Assembly: GCF_039654945.1 (NCBI RefSeq)
Contig: NW_027361924.1
Span: 6,820,001-6,884,000 of the forward strand
From: Dendrobates tinctorius
Taxonomy: Eukaryota
Direction: 5' to 3'
Length of the DNA stretch: 64,000 nt
Shown here: positions 58,301-64,000 of the stretch, one piece after another
Position numbering within the stretch: the stretch's first letter is position 1
Layout: every line of letters starts with the position of its first letter
Made by a program: the position numbers and the translations under genes
The notes under the pieces: generated by a model
What the model was told of the DNA's origin: nothing
The model's input: only the letters and a program-made list of their open reading frames with translations
The model's database searches: none

Positions 58301-61300
58301 GCGCTCAATGTTTCCTCCATCACCACCCTCACTTGCTCACACTCAGTCCCTATGTTACCCCCTGAGGTGCTCAGTGTTTCCTCCATCACCACCCTCACTT
58401 GCTCACACTCAGTCTCTATGTTACCCCCTGAGGTGCTCAGTGTTTCCTCCATCACCACCCTCACTTGCTCACACTCAGTCCCTATGTTATCCCCTGAGGC
58501 GCTCAGTGTTTCCTCCATCACCTCCCTCACTTGCTCACACTCAGTCCCTATGTTATCCCCTGAGGCGCTCAGTGTTTCCTCCATCACCACCCTCACTTGC
58601 TCACACTCAGTCTCTATGTTACCCCCTGAGGTGCTCAGTGTTTCCTCCATCACCACCCTCACTTGCTCACACTCAGTCCCTATGTTATCCCCTGAGGCGC
58701 TCAATGTTTCCTCCATCATACCCTCACTTGCTCACACTCAGTCCCTATGTTACCCCCTGAGGAACTCAGTGTTTCCTCCATCACCTCCCTCACTTGCTCA
58801 CACTCAGTCTCTATGTTACCCCCTGAGGCGCTCAGTGTTTCCTCCATCACCACCCTCACTTGCTCACACTCAGTCTCTATGTTATCCCCTGAGGCGCTCA
58901 GTATTTCCTCCATCACCACCCTCACTTGCTCAAACTCAGTCCCTATGTTACCCCCTGAGGCACTCAGTGTTTCCTCCATCACCACCCTCACTTGCTCACA
59001 CTCAGTCTCTATGTTACCCCCTGAGGCGCTCAGTGTTTCCTCCATCACCACCCTCACTTGCTCACACTCAGTCTCTATGTTATCCCCTGAGGCTCTCAGT
59101 GTTTCCTCCATCACCACCCTCACTTGCTCACACTCAGTCCCTATGTTACCCCCTGAGGCGCTCAGTGTTTCCTCCATCACCACCCTCACTTGCTCACACT
59201 CAGTCTCTATGTTACCCCCTGAGGCGCTCAGTGTTTCCTCCATCACCACCTTCACTTGCTCACACTCAGTCTCTATGTTACCCCCTGAGGCGCTCAGTGT
59301 TTCCTCCATCACCACCCTCACTTGCTCACACTCAGTCCCTATGTTACCCCCTGAGGTGCTCAGTGTTTCCTCCATCACCACCCTCACTTGCTCACACTCA
59401 GTCTCTATGTTACCCCCTGAGGCGCTCAGTGTTTCCTCCATCACCACACTCACTTGCTCACACTCAGTCTCTATGTTACCCCCTGAGGCGCTCAGTGTTT
59501 CCTCCATCACCACCCTCACTTGCTCACACTCAGTCTCTATGTTACCCCCTGAGGCGCTCAATGTTTCCTCCATCACCACCCTCACTTGCTCACACTCAGT
59601 CTCTATGTTACCCTCTGAGGCGCTCAATGTTTCCTCCATCACCTCCCTCACTTGCTCACACTCAGTCCCTGTTACCCCCTGAGGTGCTCAGTGTTTCCTC
59701 CATCACCACCCTCACTTGCTCACACTCAGTCTCTATGTTACCCCCTGAGGCGCTCAGTGTTTCCTCCATCACCACCCTCACTTGCTCACACTCAGTCCCT
59801 ATGTTACCCCCTGAGGTGCTCAGTGTTTCCTCCATCACCACCCTCACTTGCTCACACTCAGTCTCTATGTTACCCCCTGAGGCGCTCAATGTTTCCTCCA
59901 TCACCACCCTCACTTGCTCACACTCAGTCCCTATGTTACCCCCTGAGGTGCTCAGTGTTTCCTCCATCACCACCCTCACTTGCTCACACTCAGTCTCTAT
60001 GTTACCCCCTGAGGTGCTCAGTGTTTCCTCCATCACCACCCTCACTTGCTCACACTCAGTCCCTATGTTATCCCCTGAGGCGCTCAGTGTTTCCTCCATC
60101 ACCACCCTCACTTGCTCACACTCAGTCCCTATGTTATCCCCTGAGGCGCTCAGTGTTTCCTCCATCACCTCCCTCACTTGCTCACACTCAGTCCCTATGT
60201 TATCCCCTGAGGCGCTCAGTGTTTCCTCCATCACCACCCTCACTTGCTCACACTCAGTCTCTATGTTACCCCCTGAGGTGCTCAGTGTTTCCTCCATCAC
60301 CACCCTCACTTGCTCACACTCAGTCCCTATGTTATCCCCTGAGGCGCTCAATGTTTCCTCCATCATACCCTCACTTGCTCACACTCAGTCCCTATGTTAC
60401 CCCCTGAGGCACTCAGTGTTTCCTCCATCACCTCCCTCACTTGCTCACACTCAGTCTCTATGTTACCCCCTGAGGCGCTCAGTGTTTCCTCCATCACCAC
60501 CCTCACTTGCTCACACTCAGTCTCTATGTTATCCCCTGAGGCGCTCAGTATTTCCTCCATCACCACCCTCACTTGCTCACACTCAGTCCCTATGTTACCC
60601 CCTGAGGCACTCAGTGTTTCCTCCATCACCACCCTCACTTGCTCACACTCAGTCTCTATGTTACCCCCTGAGGCGCTCAGTGTTTCCTCCATCACCACCC
60701 TCACTTGCTCACACTCAGTCTCTATGTTATCCCCTGAGGCTCTCAGTGTTTCCTCCATCACCACCCTCACTTGCTCACACTCAGTCCCTATGTTACCCCC
60801 TGAGGCGCTCAGTGTTTCCTCCATCACCACCCTCACTTGCTCACACTCAGTCTCTATGTTACCCCCTGAGGCGCTCAGTGTTTCCTCCATCACCACCCTC
60901 ACTTGCTCACACTCAGTCTCTATGTTACCCCCTGAGGCGCTCAGTGTTTCCTCCATCACCACCCTCACTTGCTCACACTCAGTCCCTATGTTACCCCCTG
61001 AGGTGCTCAGTGTTTCCTCCATCACCACCCTCACTTGCTCACACTCAGTCTCTATGTTACCCCCTGAGGCGCTCAGTGTTTCCTCCATCACCACACTCAC
61101 TTGCTCACACTCAGTCTCTATGTTACCCCCTGAGGCGCTCAGTGTTTCCTCCATCACCACCCTCACTTGCTCACACTCAGTCTCTATGTTACCCCCTGAG
61201 GCGCTCAATGTTTCCTCCATCACCACCCTCACTTGCTCACACTCAGTCTCTATGTTACCCCCTGAGGCGCTCAATGTTTCCTCCATCACCTCCCTCACTT

Positions 61301-64000
61301 GCTCACACTCAGTCCCTGTTACCCCCTGAGGTGCTCAGTGTTTCCTCCATCACCACCCTCACTTGCTCACACTCAGTCCCTATGTTATCCCCTGAGGCGC
61401 TCAGTGTTTCCTCCATCACCACCCTCACTTGCTCACACTCAGTCCCTATGTTACCCCCTGAGGTGCTCAGTGTTTCCTCCATCACCACCCTCACTTGCTC
61501 ACACTCAGTCTCTATGTTATCCCCTGAGGCGCTCAATGTTTCCTCCATCATACCCTCACTTGCTCACACTCAGTACCTATGTTACCCCCTGAGGCGCTCA
61601 GTGTTTCCTCCATCACCTCCCTCACTTTGCTCACACTCAGTCTTTATGTTACCCCCTGAGGCGCTCAGTGTTTCCTCCATCACCTCCCTCACTTGCTCAC
61701 ACTCAGCCCCTATGTTACCCCCTGAGGCGCTCAGTGTTTCCTCCATCACCTCCCTCACTTGCTCACACTCAGTCTCTATGTTATCCCATGAGGTGCTCAG
61801 TGTTTCCTCCATCACCTCCCTCACTTGCTCACACTCAGTCTCTATGTTACCCCCTGAGGCGCTCAGTGTTTTCTCCATCACCTCCCTCACTTGCTCACAC
61901 TCAGTCTCTATGTTACCCCCTGAGGCACTCAGTGTTTCCTCCATCACCTCCCTAACTTGCTCACACTCAGTCTCTATGTTACCCCCTGAGACACTCAGTG
62001 TTTCCTCCATCACCTCCCTCACTTGCTCACACTCAGTCTCTATGTTATCCCCTGAGGCACTCAGTGTTTACTCCATCACCTCCCTCACTTGCTCACACTC
62101 AGTCTCTATGTTACCCCCTGAGACACTCAGTGTTTCCTCCATCACCTCCCTCACTTGCTCTCACTCAGTCTCTATGTTACCCCCTGAGGCGCTCAGTGTT
62201 TCCTCCATCACCACCCTCACTTGCTCACACTAAGTCTCTATGTTACCCCGTGAGGCGCTCAGTGTTTCCTCCATCACCACCCTCACATTCTCACACTCAG
62301 TCCCTATGTTACCCCGTGAGGCGCTCAGTGTTTCCTCCATCACCTCCCTCACTTGCTCACACTCAGTCCCTATGTTACCCCGTGAGGCGCTCAGTGTTTC
62401 CTCCATCACCTCCCTCACTTGCTCACACTCAGTCCCTATGTTACCCCGTGAGGCGCTCAGTGTTTCCTCCATCACCTCCCTCACTTGCTCACACTCAGTC
62501 CCTATGTTACCCCGTGAGGCGCTCAGTGTTTCCTCCATCACCTCCCTCACTTGCTCACACTCAGTCCCTATGTTACCCCGTGAGGCGCTCAGTGTTTCCT
62601 CCATCACCACCCTCAATTGCTCACACTCAGTCCCTATGTTACCCCGTGAGGCGCTCAGTGTTTCCTCCATCACCTCCCTCACTTGCTCACACTCAGTCCC
62701 TATGTTACCCCGTGAGGCGCTCAGTGTTTCCTCCATCACTTCCCTCACTTGCTCACACTCAGTCCCTATGTTACCCCCTGAGGTGCTCAGTGTTTCCTCC
62801 ATCACCACCCTCACTTGCTCACACTCAGTCTCTATGTTACCCCCTGAGGCGCTCAGTGTTTCCTCCATCACCTCCCTCACTTGCTCACACTCAGTCTCTA
62901 TGTTACCCCCTGAGGCTCTCAGTGTTTCCTCCATCACCACCCTCACTTGCTCACACTCAGTCTCTATGTTACCCCCTGAGGTGCTCAGTGTTTCCTCCAT
63001 CACCACCCTCACTTGCTCACACTCAGTCTCTATGTTATCCCCTGAGGCGCTCAGTGTTTCCTCCATCACCACCCTCACTTGCTCACACTCAGTCTCTATG
63101 TTACCCCGTGAGGCTCTCAGTGTTTCCTCCATCACCATCCTCACTTGCTCACACTCAGTCTCTATGTTACCCCGTGAGGCGATCAGTGTTTCCTCCATCA
63201 CCTCCCTCACTTGCTCACACTCAGTCCCTATGTTACCCCGTGAGGCTCTCAGTGTTTCCTCCATCACCACCCTCACTTGCTCACACTCAGTCTCTATGTT
63301 ACCCCCTGAGGCGCTCAGTGTTTGCTCCATCAACACCCTCACTTGCTCACACTCAGTCTCTATGTTACCCCCTGAGGCTCTCAGTGTTTCCTCCATCACC
63401 ACCCTCACTTGCTCACACTCAGTCTCTATGTTACCCCCTGAGGTGCTCAGTGTTTCCTCCATCACCACCCTCATTTGCTCACACTCAGTCTCTATGTTAC
63501 CCCCTGAGACGCTCAGTGTTTCCTCCATCACCTCCCTCACTTGCTCACACTCAGTCTCTATGTTACCCCCTGAGGCTCTCAGTGTTTCCTCCATCACCAC
63601 CCTCACTTGCTCACATTCAGTCTCTATGTTATCCCCTGTGGTGCTCAGTGGTTACTCCATCACCACCCTCACTTGCTCACACTCAGTCTCTATGTTATCC
63701 CCTGAGGCGCTCAGTGTTTCCTCCATCACCACCCTCACTTCCTCACACTCAGTCTCTATGTTACCCCGTGAGGCTCTCAGTGTTTCCTCCATCACCACCC
63801 TCACTTGCTCACACTCAGTCTCTATGTTACCCCGTGAGGCGCTCAGTGTTTCCTCCATCACCTCCCTCACTTGCTCACACTCAGTCCCTATGTTACCCCG
63901 TGAGGCGCTCAGTGTTTCCTCCATCACCTCCCTCACTTGCTCACACTCAGTCCCTATGTTACCCCGTGAGGCGCTCAGTGTTTCCTCCATCACCTCCCTC
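55399..64000. repeat. >8.6-kb satellite, 66-bp unit GAGGCGCTCAGTGTTTCCTCCATCACCACCCTCACTTGCTCACACTCAGTCTCTATGTTACCCCCT
   Basis: About 130 units, ~1.6-kb higher-order blocks, runs off the window end. Confidence 0.98.

Noticed and set aside
56096-62233. 2045-aa ORF and the overlapping 200-460 aa ORFs
   Set aside because: Translations of a 66-bp satellite. The peptide switches between frames at indels, and there are no splice signals or unique domain.

Overview
Vertebrate genomic DNA, most likely a frog (inferred from the repeat families), syntenic with the human UBN1-GLYR1-ROGDI-SMIM22 block. It contains the complete 16-exon GLYR1/NPAC gene (+, CDS 3726-18765, 531 aa) and the complete 11-exon ROGDI gene (+, CDS 31965-40396, 288 aa). 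It also contains the last two coding exons of SMIM22 (-, 54820-54738 and 45120-45070) and a probable non-coding first exon of the divergent UBN1 gene. Nearly half of the window is tandem repeat, with a different minisatellite in many introns. Mobile elements are two near-identical frameshifted Tc1 DD34E transposons flanking ROGDI in inverted orientation, a fold-back Tc1 derivative in the probable GLYR1 3' UTR, a decayed L2 LINE with a 2A-like peptide, Harbinger- and TTAA-type MITEs, and three Penelope-type insertions with hammerhead-ribozyme motifs at their junctions. The most unusual signal is that some arrays are amplified splice sites of the host genes. ROGDI intron 8 holds about 21 copies of a 48-bp unit with donor, branch point, acceptor and an in-frame 15-nt microexon, and GLYR1 intron 14 holds about 55-60 tandem polypyrimidine-CAG acceptors. 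All long repetitive ORFs in the ORF track are treated as satellite artefacts. Gene identities rest on recalled protein motifs, not on a database search.
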